Of a stretch of 64,000 bases of DNA, positions 28,436-38,500 are shown piece by piece. This DNA comes from an uncultured Flavobacteriales bacterium (GTDB taxonomy: Bacteria; Bacteroidota; Bacteroidia; Flavobacteriales_F; PHOS-HE28). The stretch covers positions 9,273 to 73,272 of the forward strand of contig CALMPI010000030.1 of assembly GCA_937872175.1 (NCBI GenBank). Direction: 5' to 3'. The notes beneath the pieces were generated by a model. It had not been told where the DNA came from and made no database searches. It saw only the letters and a program-made list of their open reading frames with translations. The stretch's first letter is position 1; each line of letters begins with the position of its first letter. Position numbers and translations under genes: made by a program.

Positions 28436-30279
28436 GGCACCTCTCCGCATTGCTCGCCCTCCTGTGCGCACCACTGTTCTCCATCGCGCAGCTCACGGGC
28501 ACCAGGACCGTTGGCGGGACCAGCCCGGACTACGCCACCATCACCGCTGCGGTGGACGCGCTCATGAGCCAGGGCGCCACGGGCAACGTCACCTTCAATA
28601 TCCGACCCGGCACCTACACGGGCCAGTACGTGGTAGGACCTGTACCTGGCGCTCCAGGCACCATCACCTTCCGCAACGAAACGAACGGCGCACAAGCGGT
28701 GAACCTCGAATACGATGCCAACAGCACCACCGACAACTTCATCTTTCGCCTCGAAGGCGCGCAAGGCGTGGTGCTGGAGAAGCTCACCTTCCGTCCGCTC
28801 GACTACGACCACGCACGGGCCGTGCATTTCATCAACGGGCTCACCGGGCTCACCATCGAGCAGTGCGTCTTCCACGGCAGCACCAACCCATCGGGTTCGG
28901 CCTCCTTCGAACGCATCCTGGTGCATTGCGATCAGTTCACCATCAACACGGACAACAACCCGCAGGATGTGCTGATCCTGGACAACAGCTTCTTCAACGG
29001 CAATACCGCGATCGAGCTCGATGCCTATGGCTTCAATGGCGCGCGCAGCGCGGGACTGATCATCAGCGGCAACGAGTTCCGCCAGCAGGTGGGCACGGGC
29101 ATCCGCCTCAACCATTGCATCGGTTCGATCGGCGACAATGCCTTCAGCACCACGGTGGGTAATTGGTACGTGGGCATCCGCACCACCTTCTTCGACGGCG
29201 GAAGCCAGATCCGCCGGAACGACATCCAGGCCTACGCCACCAACGGCTGCACGGGCATCGAGGTGGGCAACACGCAGAGCACCACCGGCAACATGATCAG
29301 CAACAACATGGTGTACGTGAACGGCACCGGCGATGTATGGGGCCTGGCCGTGTACAACCTGTGGGACATGAAGATCGTGCACAACAGCGTGCTGGTGGCC
29401 GCGGGCAACCAGTTCCAGAGCTACGCCTTCCACCACCTGAGCAACTTCCCCGATGGGCAGGACGCATTGGTGCGGAACAACATCTTCGCCAACAATGCCG
29501 GTGGCTACGCCTACTACGTCCCGGTGGCGGCGAACGTGGCCATCGAGGATCACAACGACCTGTTCACCACCGGCAGCACCATCAGCAATGTAGCGGGCAA
29601 CGAGTACCTCACCATCCCGGCGCACCAGGCTGGCACGGGGCAGGGAGCGGGCGATACGGACATCGATCCCGTGTTCCCCATCCAGCCCGATCTTCACCTG
29701 AACAACTGCGCCATGGACAGCATGGGCGAATACTTCTTCGTGGTGGCGAGCGATATCGATGGTGATGCACGCGGCAACCCCTTGTGCGACATGGGTGCCG
29801 ATGAGTACACCGCGAGCACCAATGCGATGCAGGCCCCCACCATCACCATCCTCAGCAGCGACCTGCCCTACCAGCTGGGACTGGGCGCATCGTTCAATGC
29901 CTACCAATGGAGCACCGGGGACAACACGCCCACCACCACGATCACCGCCGGAGGCACCTACAGTTGCGATGTGCTGGACGCCAACTTCTGTTCGTTCAGC
30001 ATCAACATCACGGTGGTGGTGAACATCAATACCGGGGTCGCGGAGGCCGCCAATCCGGATGCGGTGCTGTTCCCAAACCCCGCGATGGAGACGATCACCG
30101 TGAGCGGTGCTGCTGCCGGAGCGGCCTACACACTGATCGACGCCAGTGGCCGTGTGCTGCGCGAAGGCCGTTTACCGACGACCGCGATGCTCGATGTGCG
30201 CGACCTGTCGCCCGGCGTGCATGTGCTGCGGCTGTTGGATGGCGGGTCCGTTCGCACCGCCCGCTTCGTGAAGCAGTAA
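28432..30279 (+). CDS. Secreted right-handed beta-helix protein with T9SS CTD
   Basis: QLTGTRTVGG..PDYATI.AA..AL...G..GNV.F.IRPGTY; beta-helix rungs; DMGADE; LFPNPA CTD ending RFVKQ. Confidence 0.87.
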   Translation: MRHLSALLALLCAPLFSIAQLTGTRTVGGTSPDYATITAAVDALMSQGATGNVTFNIRPGTYTGQYVVGPVPGAPGTITFRNETNGAQAVNLEYDANSTTDNFIFRLEGAQGVVLEKLTFRPLDYDHARAVHFINGLTGLTIEQCVFHGSTNPSGSASFERILVHCDQFTINTDNNPQDVLILDNSFFNGNTAIELDAYGFNGARSAGLIISGNEFRQQVGTGIRLNHCIGSIGDNAFSTTVGNWYVGIRTTFFDGGSQIRRNDIQAYATNGCTGIEVGNTQSTTGNMISNNMVYVNGTGDVWGLAVYNLWDMKIVHNSVLVAAGNQFQSYAFHHLSNFPDGQDALVRNNIFANNAGGYAYYVPVAANVAIEDHNDLFTTGSTISNVAGNEYLTIPAHQAGTGQGAGDTDIDPVFPIQPDLHLNNCAMDSMGEYFFVVASDIDGDARGNPLCDMGADEYTASTNAMQAPTITILSSDLPYQLGLGASFNAYQWSTGDNTPTTTITAGGTYSCDVLDANFCSFSINITVVVNINTGVAEAANPDAVLFPNPAMETITVSGAAAGAAYTLIDASGRVLREGRLPTTAMLDVRDLSPGVHVLRLLDGGSVRTARFVKQ

Positions 30280-30281
30280 GC

Positions 30282-30599
30282 ATGCGAGCCGATGCGGTCT
30301 TCGTGCGCGACGGGTCACAGCATGTGCGGCTCCCGGTGAGCGACATCCTGTTCATCGAGGCGGACGATAATAGCACGCATGAACACACCTCGCAGCGCCG
30401 CTATACCGTGCCGCGTATGCTGAAGGATGTGCTCGATGAGCTCCCGCCAGGGCGAGTGGAGCGCATACACCGCAGCTATGCCGTGAACCTCGATCGCGTG
30501 AAGGCCGTCAGTGACAAAGGCATGCATGTGGGCGACCGGTGGCTGCCCATCGGTAGGAGCTTCCGCGATGAGGTGAGGAAACGGTTGTGGCTGCTGTGA
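30282..30599 (+). CDS. Stand-alone LytTR DNA-binding domain protein
   Basis: AVFVRDG...RLPVSDILFIEADDN..RIHRSYAVN...LPIGRSFR; no receiver domain; ATG 2 nt after the upstream stop. Confidence 0.8.
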   Translation: MRADAVFVRDGSQHVRLPVSDILFIEADDNSTHEHTSQRRYTVPRMLKDVLDELPPGRVERIHRSYAVNLDRVKAVSDKGMHVGDRWLPIGRSFRDEVRKRLWLL

Positions 30600-30605
30600 G
30601 GGCGC

Positions 30606-31574
30606 TCACCGCGCCACCAGTTCAACTCTCCGGTTCAGTTGTTTTCCTGCATCAGTCCTGTTGGAACTCACCGGCGCCAGCGGCCCCACGCCATGCGCAT
30701 CGAGGCGTGTCACTGCCACAGCATGCTCGGTGACGAGGATCCGTGCCACCTCCGCAGCACGGCGCTTGCTCAGGTCCAGGTTGTGCTCCAGCGAACCGGT
30801 CATATCCGTGTGGCCCACGATGAAGACCTTCAGCTCGGACATCATGTTCAGCAACTTCCCGATCTCGGCGATGATCGGCCTCGAGGAGGCCTGCACCGTG
30901 GCTTTGTCGGTATCGAAGAGGATGTCATTGAGGGCCACTTTGCCGTGCTGCTCGATCTGCTGCTTCATCCATTCGGCGTTCACCTTGATCTTGTCGGTGG
31001 CGATGCCCACCTCCTCGATGATGTCCACGAGCATCACTTTGACCTCGCTCGTGTACTGCGATCCCACCACCACCACATGCACGGGTGTGCCTTTGTCGCT
31101 CATGGTTGCGGCCAGGTAGAAGCTGCCCGCACTGGTGGCCGAGCCCTTCAGCAAGTTGATGCCCACGCTCGGCGGGAAATCATTGCGGGCGAAGTGAACA
31201 CCGATCATGGTGCGGCTGCCGATCTCCGGCGAGGTGGACTTGTCCTGCTGGCCTTCAGCAAGCATGTTGACACCCGCACGCTTCAATGCGCCTTGGTAAT
31301 TGAGGAAGAGGTCGCGCAGCGAGACCGTACCGCTGATGGTGTAGTAGAGCCGCGTGCGCTTGCCCTTCACATTGGTCCATGCATCGATCGTTTTGTAGCC
31401 GGCGACCGGTCCCCGCGCGATGGCGTAATCGACATGGTTCATCACTTCGCACCAGGTAAGTACCGCATCGGGGTAGCGCGTGATCATCGGATGGTCCTTG
31501 CAGCCGTTCGCGTCCTGGGCATTCGCGATCGTTGCGCAGAGGAGCAGGATAAGTGCGAGGAATGCGTTTCGCAT
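30606..31574 (-). CDS. OmpA family protein (N-terminal DUF4892-like domain plus OmpA C-terminal domain)
   Basis: Signal peptide, KDHPMITRYP, ILFDTDKA, GHTD, LSKRRA and NRRVELV motifs. Confidence 0.9.
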   Translation of the reverse strand: MRNAFLALILLLCATIANAQDANGCKDHPMITRYPDAVLTWCEVMNHVDYAIARGPVAGYKTIDAWTNVKGKRTRLYYTISGTVSLRDLFLNYQGALKRAGVNMLAEGQQDKSTSPEIGSRTMIGVHFARNDFPPSVGINLLKGSATSAGSFYLAATMSDKGTPVHVVVVGSQYTSEVKVMLVDIIEEVGIATDKIKVNAEWMKQQIEQHGKVALNDILFDTDKATVQASSRPIIAEIGKLLNMMSELKVFIVGHTDMTGSLEHNLDLSKRRAAEVARILVTEHAVAVTRLDAHGVGPLAPVSSNRTDAGKQLNRRVELVAR

Positions 31575-31608
31575 GACGGGGCCGAATGGATCGATCTTGA
31601 TCGACGTG

Positions 31609-32628
31609 TTATTGGATCACCAGGCGCGTGCTGCGCATCTCTGTGCCGCTGGCCGTGCTGAGCCGTACCAGGTAGGTGCCTGCTACGAGGTGGCCCGTTG
31701 CGATGGTCGTTTCGCCGGCGGAAGTCACCAGCACTGAGCGGCCCAGCGCATCGATGACCTCAGCACGAAGACCGCTCGTGTTCGTGATGCCTACGATGGT
31801 CACTGCTGTTCCCTGTGCCGCAGGCGAAGGATGGATGCGGACGTTCTCCAACCCGTGCTCATTCACTGCCGATGAGCCCACGAAAATGGGATCCTTGTCG
31901 TACCACACTTGTTCGCTGAAACCGAATCCGTCGAAGTCGATGTCAATCAACAGCAGCCAGAAGCGATGGTCGGACGAGACCCATGCCCACTGCTTGCTGG
32001 TGTTCACGGTGGTATTGCCGAAGATGGTGTTGTTCTGCACACGGTCCATGCGGTAGCGCACGGCGTTCGTGTAAGTACCCGTGGGCAGGATCAGGGTGCC
32101 GTAGCCATCGGCTTCCAGCTCCACAGTGCCGTTCATGGTGCCCACAAAGCCCGCTGCGCTGAAGGTGCCGCTGTACGTATCGCTGAACTGGTCGCCGTAG
32201 GTGTACGGCAGCTCGATCACGCGCTCCAGATCCACGTTCATCAAGTATTTCGCCGTGTCCTCGGGCGGCGGGCCGATGAGAATGGTGCTGCCTTCGCTCT
32301 GCAGTTCGGATGAACTCACCACGTAATAGGTGTACGCGTTGTCCCAGGTGATCCCGCAGAGACCCGAGTTGGGGAAGTCAGCGACGTACGGCGTGGAAGC
32401 GGGATCAACGAATAGGATCTCCTCCTCGGCGAATTCGGTGAGGCCGCTGAAGTCCCAGGTCTGCATCGCGCCCGTGCTGGCGTTCAGCGCGACCGTGTCG
32501 ATCGGATCGGAACAGCGGCCAATGGTGGCCACATCGCCGATCACCGGGATGTTCAACTGGGTGATGTTCGGCTGGGCGAATAGCGCGACCGGCGCGATGG
32601 CGCAGGCGAAGAGTAGCGTTGGTTTCAT
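31609..32628 (-). CDS. T9SS type A sorting domain protein
   Basis: Signal peptide, QTWDFSGL, ADGYGTLILPTGTY, IHPSPA..DALGR..AGTYLV CTD. Confidence 0.85.
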   Translation of the reverse strand: MKPTLLFACAIAPVALFAQPNITQLNIPVIGDVATIGRCSDPIDTVALNASTGAMQTWDFSGLTEFAEEEILFVDPASTPYVADFPNSGLCGITWDNAYTYYVVSSSELQSEGSTILIGPPPEDTAKYLMNVDLERVIELPYTYGDQFSDTYSGTFSAAGFVGTMNGTVELEADGYGTLILPTGTYTNAVRYRMDRVQNNTIFGNTTVNTSKQWAWVSSDHRFWLLLIDIDFDGFGFSEQVWYDKDPIFVGSSAVNEHGLENVRIHPSPAAQGTAVTIVGITNTSGLRAEVIDALGRSVLVTSAGETTIATGHLVAGTYLVRLSTASGTEMRSTRLVIQ

Positions 32629-32702
32629 GGAAGTGTGATTATGCGGGGCAAACGTATCGGCACCGTTCGCCACTGTCCATTACCCATTTGGGTGGATCCA
32701 CA

Positions 32703-33320
32703 TCACACCAACCGGTCCCGCATCGCCAGCCGTACCGCCTCGGCCCGTGTATGCACATGCAGCTTCACATAGATGCTCTTGATGTGCGCCTTCACCGTGT
32801 TGGTACTGATGAAGAGCGCATCGGCGATGCTGCGGTAGTTCTCTCCGTTGCAGAGGCGGGCCAGTACCTCGGTCTCGCGGTCGCTGAGGCCGGGTTCGCT
32901 CTTGGGCTGGAAGGAGCGCACCAGCAGGCGCGCGATGCCGGGCGAGATCACCGATCCGCCACCGCGCACTTCGCGGATGGCGTCGAGGATCTCCTGCGGC
33001 GTGGCGTGCTTGTGCAGGTAACCTGTGGCGCCAGCACCCAACGACCGGAACACGCTCTCTTCATCGTCCATTGCCGTGAGCATGATGAAGTCCGTGTCGA
33101 GCAATTGATCCTTCAGCTTGCGCACGCATTCGATCCCGCTGAGGCCGGGCAACTGGATGTCCATGAGCACGGCGTCGGGCTCAGCATCCGGCAGGGCCGT
33201 GATCGCCTCTTCCGCGCTCGCATATGCGCCACGCAACACGAATCCATCGGTTGCATCGATCACCGCGCAAATGGCCTCGCGTGCGCCGCGGTCATCCTCC
33301 ACCACGGCCACGGTGATCAT
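32703..33320 (-). CDS. NarL/LuxR family response regulator
   Basis: VVEDD, LMDIQLPG, GYLHK and LSDRETEVL..HIKSIY.KLHV motifs; an alternative start exists at 33335. Confidence 0.94.
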   Translation of the reverse strand: MITVAVVEDDRGAREAICAVIDATDGFVLRGAYASAEEAITALPDAEPDAVLMDIQLPGLSGIECVRKLKDQLLDTDFIMLTAMDDEESVFRSLGAGATGYLHKHATPQEILDAIREVRGGGSVISPGIARLLVRSFQPKSEPGLSDRETEVLARLCNGENYRSIADALFISTNTVKAHIKSIYVKLHVHTRAEAVRLAMRDRLV

Positions 33321-33551
33321 GCGTGGAACGTCCATGCCGGGAAAGTACGGTGGTGGATCGCGCGGCGCTCCTGACCACCCGCCTGGGCGGTGACCGAACG
33401 CACCACGTGAGGGGGGCATAGGTGATCATGCAGGCATTCCTATCGCTGTGCGGAAGACGGGCATGTACCTGCTCGAGGCCGGAGATCAAGCAGTGCGCGT
33501 TGCGTATTGCGCCTACGGTGGGGCGGCGCGTCGCTTAGCAGCGTGCCAGCC

Positions 33552-34190
33552 TCAGCGCGCATCCGGAAATGCCACCCGGATGGCTTCTTGGCGTGAATGC
33601 ACCTGCAGTTTCTCGTAGATGCTTCGAACATGGGTCCGCACGGTGTTGATGCCCACACCATGCCTGTCCGCGATCTGCTTGTACAAGAGCCCTGCGGCGA
33701 GGCCGTCGAGTACTTCCTGCTCGCGTTCGGTGAGCACGGTCTGTCGGATGCTGGGGGCCATCTCCTTGTGCAGCGAGGCCACCACCAGCCGCGCGATGGC
33801 CGGTGTCATGGGCGAACCCCCGCGATGGATCTCGCATACGGCATCAGTCAGCTCCACACCAGGGGCGCTCTTCACCAGGTACCCGGTGGCACCGGCGCAT
33901 AGGGCCTGAAAGATGATCGCCGGGTTCTCGAACACAGTGCTGATCAGGAATTGCATGGAGGGCTTGCGGGGCTTCGCAAGGCGCACGCAGTCCACCCCGT
34001 TGGTGCCGGGCATGCCGATGTCCATCACGACCACTTCAGCGTCGAGCTCATCCACGGCGTCAAGGAAGGCATCACCGCTCCGGTAGGAGGCAAGCAATTC
34101 GATCCGCCGATCGGCGCTCAACGAAGCCGACAGGATCGCCCGAAGGGTGTTGTCATCTTCCACGATGACGGTCTTTATTCGCGCGCCCAT
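33552..34190 (-). CDS. NarL/LuxR family response regulator
   Basis: VEDD, VMDIGMP, GYLVK and LTEREQEVL..HVRSIYEKLQV motifs. Confidence 0.94.
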   Translation of the reverse strand: MGARIKTVIVEDDNTLRAILSASLSADRRIELLASYRSGDAFLDAVDELDAEVVVMDIGMPGTNGVDCVRLAKPRKPSMQFLISTVFENPAIIFQALCAGATGYLVKSAPGVELTDAVCEIHRGGSPMTPAIARLVVASLHKEMAPSIRQTVLTEREQEVLDGLAAGLLYKQIADRHGVGINTVRTHVRSIYEKLQVHSRQEAIRVAFPDAR

Positions 34191-34229
34191 GGCTTCCGGA
34201 TCACAAGATAACCCGGAGGCGATAGGTGC

Positions 34230-36089
34230 TCAGAGAGCGCCGCGGGCGAGCACGCTCGTGGCACCTTGCGCGCTCTCGATGCTGAACGTTCCGCCCAATG
34301 CGCTGATGCGCTCCTGCATGTTCCGAAGCCCATGGCCCTGTGCTGGGCTCAGCGAGAAGCCGACCCCGTTGTCGGTCACCTGGATCCGATAGGCACCTTC
34401 TGTGATGGAGACCAGAACCGAGATCCTGGTAGCGCTGGAATGCTTCAGGGCATTGTGGGCGGCTTCACGCACCACGAGGTACACGGCGCGGCGCACATCG
34501 GGTCTCAGTGGCCGATCGAGCCGTGCTGCGTTAAGGTCCAGGTGAAGCTGAGCAGGGGCGCCAGCGAACATGCGGGTGATGCGGTCCCGGATCTGGTCCA
34601 GCAGGCCACCCACCGTATCCGCTCCAGGATCCACCGCCCACACCACATCGTTCAGCCCTTCCTTCAACGAACGCGCCTCCGCGCTCATCAATTCGAGCGA
34701 CACCTCTTCGGGGAGTGTGCCCTCCTGAGCGGTGCGAAGCATGTCGCCCATCAGGGCCAGCTTGGTGAGGTTGCCGCCCAGCTCATCATGGATGTCACGG
34801 GCGATCCGTGTGCGCACTGCTTCGGCCTCGCGTTCACGCTCCGTACGGACCAGTTGCTCCTGGGTCCCCACCAGCTGTCGATTGGTCCGCGCCAGTTCCG
34901 CTGCGTAGCGCTTGCCTCTTCGCACCGCGAGGAACAGGAGCACACCTGCGATAAGCAGGACCACGCAGGCGATCGATGCGATGATCAACACACGACGCTG
35001 GGCAGTAAGCGCTGCTGCAGCGGCCTCCTGCTCGGCCATCATCGTGATGCGCTCCTGGAATGCGGCAGTGCGACGGGCTTCATCAATGCCCAAGTGCAGC
35101 TTGACCTCGGCCAACGCCGTATCGGCGGCCATGCGGCTTGCGCGCAGATCGCCGAGCCTGTGGTACACGGTGGACAGAAGTTGTGCGATGGCATATCGAC
35201 CCGCATGCAGTCCGTGAGCCACTGCAAAGCTGTCCGCTCGCTGCAGGTATCGCAACGCATCCTCCGGTCGATCGAGCGCCATGAGGTAGCGCGCCTCCAT
35301 CAATTGCATGCGGCTGGTATTGATGCCGGAGGGTTCCCCACCGAACGCGTCGCGTGCCCGCAACAGGTGGAACGCGGCTGAATCCATGTCCCCTGCTTCC
35401 AGGTGGATGCGGAAACAGCCGTCGTGCGCATCGAACGCGGTGATCGGAGCACGGTCCTCTACCTGAAGGGCGATCGCCTTGCGCCACAGCAAAAGCGCAC
35501 TGTCAGGGGCATCGGCCCGGTACAGCTGTTGGGCGAGCTCGCTGTAGGCCTGGGCCAGCGGCACGGTTCCATCCTTCGGGGTCAAGGCCAGGCAACGGCG
35601 CGCCCATGCCAGCGCACGCTGGTTGTCCTCGATCATGGCGCATTGCAACGAAAGGTGCTGACATGCCCCGGCCGCTTGAACGCTATCCCCGGTCTCCAGC
35701 GCCGTGCTGTACATGCGCTCGCTGTTATACATCGCGGCTTCCAGATCACCCTGGTAGGTCAGCGCATCGCCCAGCAGTCCATAGCTGTCGATCAAATGCT
35801 TGCCCACCCGGTCCCGCGCCTTGCCCGGGGAGAGCTTAGCGCGATCAGCCTCGGCAACAGCTACTGCACGCCGGAGCACGTCCACTTGCCGTTCGATCTC
35901 CAGGCGCATGCTGAAGATCACGGCCAGCCGGTTCATCTGCACCAGACCGGTGGTATCGCCCGCTGCGTGGTCCTGTTGCCAGACCCCAACAACCAAGAGC
36001 AAGCTATCGGTATTGGTGCGCTGGGCTGAAGCTGCCAGGACACCCCCACAGAAACAGGCGATCGAGAACGGGCGCAGAAGACGCATCAT
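34230..36089 (-). CDS. TPR-containing sensor histidine kinase (HisKA_3 type)
   Basis: Signal peptide, helical repeats, TM, RIARDIHDELG, EAAHNALKHS, DNGVGF and GHGL motifs. Confidence 0.9.
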   Translation of the reverse strand: MMRLLRPFSIACFCGGVLAASAQRTNTDSLLLVVGVWQQDHAAGDTTGLVQMNRLAVIFSMRLEIERQVDVLRRAVAVAEADRAKLSPGKARDRVGKHLIDSYGLLGDALTYQGDLEAAMYNSERMYSTALETGDSVQAAGACQHLSLQCAMIEDNQRALAWARRCLALTPKDGTVPLAQAYSELAQQLYRADAPDSALLLWRKAIALQVEDRAPITAFDAHDGCFRIHLEAGDMDSAAFHLLRARDAFGGEPSGINTSRMQLMEARYLMALDRPEDALRYLQRADSFAVAHGLHAGRYAIAQLLSTVYHRLGDLRASRMAADTALAEVKLHLGIDEARRTAAFQERITMMAEQEAAAAALTAQRRVLIIASIACVVLLIAGVLLFLAVRRGKRYAAELARTNRQLVGTQEQLVRTEREREAEAVRTRIARDIHDELGGNLTKLALMGDMLRTAQEGTLPEEVSLELMSAEARSLKEGLNDVVWAVDPGADTVGGLLDQIRDRITRMFAGAPAQLHLDLNAARLDRPLRPDVRRAVYLVVREAAHNALKHSSATRISVLVSITEGAYRIQVTDNGVGFSLSPAQGHGLRNMQERISALGGTFSIESAQGATSVLARGAL

Positions 36090-36201
36090 GCGAAGGTCGC
36101 ACTTGGCGGTGAGCGAGGGATGGGCCTGGCATAGCATGAAGATGCTAGGTGACTTCCGCCTCTGATGAACTCCATTTGTGGACCGATCATCAGGCCACAC
36201 C

Positions 36202-38004
36202 ATGCAACGAAAGCTCCTCACCCTGCTCCTGCCCGCATGCGTTGTCATGGGAGCACATGCCCAAGCCCCGAACCTCTTGAACTATCAAGCTGCTGCGCGC
36301 GACGGTGGCGGCGTGGTGCTGATGAACACGCCCCTCACGGTGCGCTTCACGATCCGCGTGGGGAGTGCCACCGGAACGAACGTGTATCGCGAAACGCATG
36401 GCGTGACCACCAATGCCTTTGGCCTGTTCGATGCCCAGGTGGGTGGTGGCACCGTGGTGAGCGGCAGCTTCGCTTCGATCGGCTGGGGAAGCAACAGCCA
36501 CTGGCTGCAGGTGGAGGTGAACCCTGGCGGCGGCTATGTGGACCTTGGCGCACAGCAGCTGGTGAGCGTGCCCTATGCGAAGTATGCCGAGACGAGCGGC
36601 GGCGGATCAAGCGGTTGGGGATTGACCGGCAATTCGGGCACGGATCCCAACACGGATTTCATCGGCACGAGTGATGCACAACCCTTGGTCTTCAAAGTGA
36701 ACGGCGCCGAAGCCGGCAGGATCGGGCTGATCGGCTCTGGGAACACCAGCTTGGGAGCGAGCACACTTGCCGCGAACACCACTGGTACCAGCAACACGGC
36801 CATGGGAAGCGGTGCCATGCAGAACAACACATCCGGCGACCACAACACGGCGGTCGGTACCGGTGCTTTGTACGTGAACACCAGCAGCAACAACACAGCA
36901 CTGGGTTCTTTGGCGTTGGCTGGAAACACGACCGGGACGGAGAATACGGCCGTAGGTAAGGACGCGCTGTTCGGCAACACGAACGGCGAGGAGAACACGG
37001 CCATTGGTGTGTCATCACTGGAGAACAACATGGATGGCACGAAGAATACGGCGGTAGGCGCGAAGGCTTTGCGGTTCAATACTTCGATCCGCAATACTGC
37101 GACCGGCGCCAGTGCTCTTCAGTACAACGTGACTGGCCAACAGAACACGGCCGTTGGTGCGAGCGCAATGGCAGGCAACACCACTGGTTCCAACAATACG
37201 TCGGTCGGTGATGCGTCCCTGTACTTCAATAACTTGGGGTCGAACAATACTGCATGCGGCAAATCGGCACTTTTATACAACAACGGCGACTACAACGTGG
37301 GAGTAGGCAGTGCTGCCTTGTCCGATAATCTCAGCGGTCACGACAATGTGGCCATAGGAGTGGAAGCGATGTCCGGAAACAACACTGGTAACTACAACAC
37401 GGCGCTGGGCAACTATGCATTGGGTACCCTTACGAATGGCATTGACAATATCTCGATAGGATGGGGATCAGGGACAACGGGCAGCTTCAGTAACACCATC
37501 AACATCGGCAACTATGGTTACCTGAACGCCTTCGGTAACCAGGCGTTCATCGGCAACCTGAGCACCATTTGGAATGGAGGCAACGTCACGTGGTCCACCT
37601 ATTCGGATGAACGCGTCAAGACCGATGTACGCGACGATGTACACGGCCTGGATTTCATCACACGCCTGCGACCGGTCACCTACCATCGCGATATCGACCG
37701 GCAGGCCGAACTCACCGGGAACAAGTCGACACGGGACTACCCAGAGAAGTATGCCATCGAGCGGATCAAGTTCAGTGGCTTCCTGGCCCAGCAAGTGGAA
37801 CAGGCGGCGCAAGAGGTCGGCTATGACTTCAGCGGAGTGACCCCGCCCCCGAATGAGAACCAGTTGTACACCGTGAGCTACGAGCAGTTCGTGGTGCCGT
37901 TGGTGAAGGCAGTGCAGGAACAGCAGGTACTCATCGTGGAACTTCAGCACGAACTGGCTCGGCTGCGTGAAGTGGTGGAGGCAACGGACCCCGCGAAGCG
38001 ATGA
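36202..38004 (+). CDS. Fibre-like protein: about 15 NTAxG beta-roll repeats plus C-terminal peptidase S74 / intramolecular chaperone domain
   Basis: Signal peptide, NYQAAAR N-terminal domain, NTAxGxxAL repeats of 16-17 aa, SDERVK..GLDFITRLRPVTY..GFLAQ..YEQFVVPLVKAVQE and a coiled coil. Confidence 0.88.
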   Translation: MQRKLLTLLLPACVVMGAHAQAPNLLNYQAAARDGGGVVLMNTPLTVRFTIRVGSATGTNVYRETHGVTTNAFGLFDAQVGGGTVVSGSFASIGWGSNSHWLQVEVNPGGGYVDLGAQQLVSVPYAKYAETSGGGSSGWGLTGNSGTDPNTDFIGTSDAQPLVFKVNGAEAGRIGLIGSGNTSLGASTLAANTTGTSNTAMGSGAMQNNTSGDHNTAVGTGALYVNTSSNNTALGSLALAGNTTGTENTAVGKDALFGNTNGEENTAIGVSSLENNMDGTKNTAVGAKALRFNTSIRNTATGASALQYNVTGQQNTAVGASAMAGNTTGSNNTSVGDASLYFNNLGSNNTACGKSALLYNNGDYNVGVGSAALSDNLSGHDNVAIGVEAMSGNNTGNYNTALGNYALGTLTNGIDNISIGWGSGTTGSFSNTINIGNYGYLNAFGNQAFIGNLSTIWNGGNVTWSTYSDERVKTDVRDDVHGLDFITRLRPVTYHRDIDRQAELTGNKSTRDYPEKYAIERIKFSGFLAQQVEQAAQEVGYDFSGVTPPPNENQLYTVSYEQFVVPLVKAVQEQQVLIVELQHELARLREVVEATDPAKR

Positions 38005-38480
38005 AGGCCGCTTGGATCATACTGTTCGCTCTGCTTCTGCAGTCCGTAGCGGCTCAAGTGCAGTTGGAGCGCAGCCTGCTGGCCACTGCTGGCCGCACAT
38101 CGAGCGCCGCCGGTATTTCACTGGATGCATCACTGGGCGATCTCGTCACGATGACCTCCGTAAGCTCCGGCCTGATCATCTGCCAGGGCTTTCAACAGAC
38201 CGTACCCGATTTCACCACCGCTTTGAACGAAGAGGTAGGCAGCGGCATCACGTTGTACCCGAATCCAGCGCGGGACGATCTGTTCGTGCGATCTGCGGGC
38301 GTTGCCATCGGCACGTTGACCTTGTCCGATGCAGCGGGCCGGGAGATGCCTGTCCGTATTCTGCGGCGCGATGACGGATACGCGCTGGACCTTTCAGGGC
38401 TCGCCGAAGGCCCCTATTTCCTCCGCATCCATCTCGACCAGCACCTTCCAATGGTGGTCAAGGTCATTAAGCAACACTGA
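38001..38480 (+). CDS. Small T9SS type A sorting domain protein
   Basis: Overlaps the fibre gene by 4 nt; signal peptide, QVQLERSLL..SLGD..QGFQQ, then LYPNPA CTD. Confidence 0.85.
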   Translation: MKAAWIILFALLLQSVAAQVQLERSLLATAGRTSSAAGISLDASLGDLVTMTSVSSGLIICQGFQQTVPDFTTALNEEVGSGITLYPNPARDDLFVRSAGVAIGTLTLSDAAGREMPVRILRRDDGYALDLSGLAEGPYFLRIHLDQHLPMVVKVIKQH

Positions 38481-38500
38481 ACGAGTATTTCCTCCGAGTG

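Noticed and set aside
36202-38004. S74 tail-fibre domain as evidence of a prophage
   Set aside because: The protein has a Sec signal peptide and there are no capsid, terminase, integrase or other phage genes nearby.
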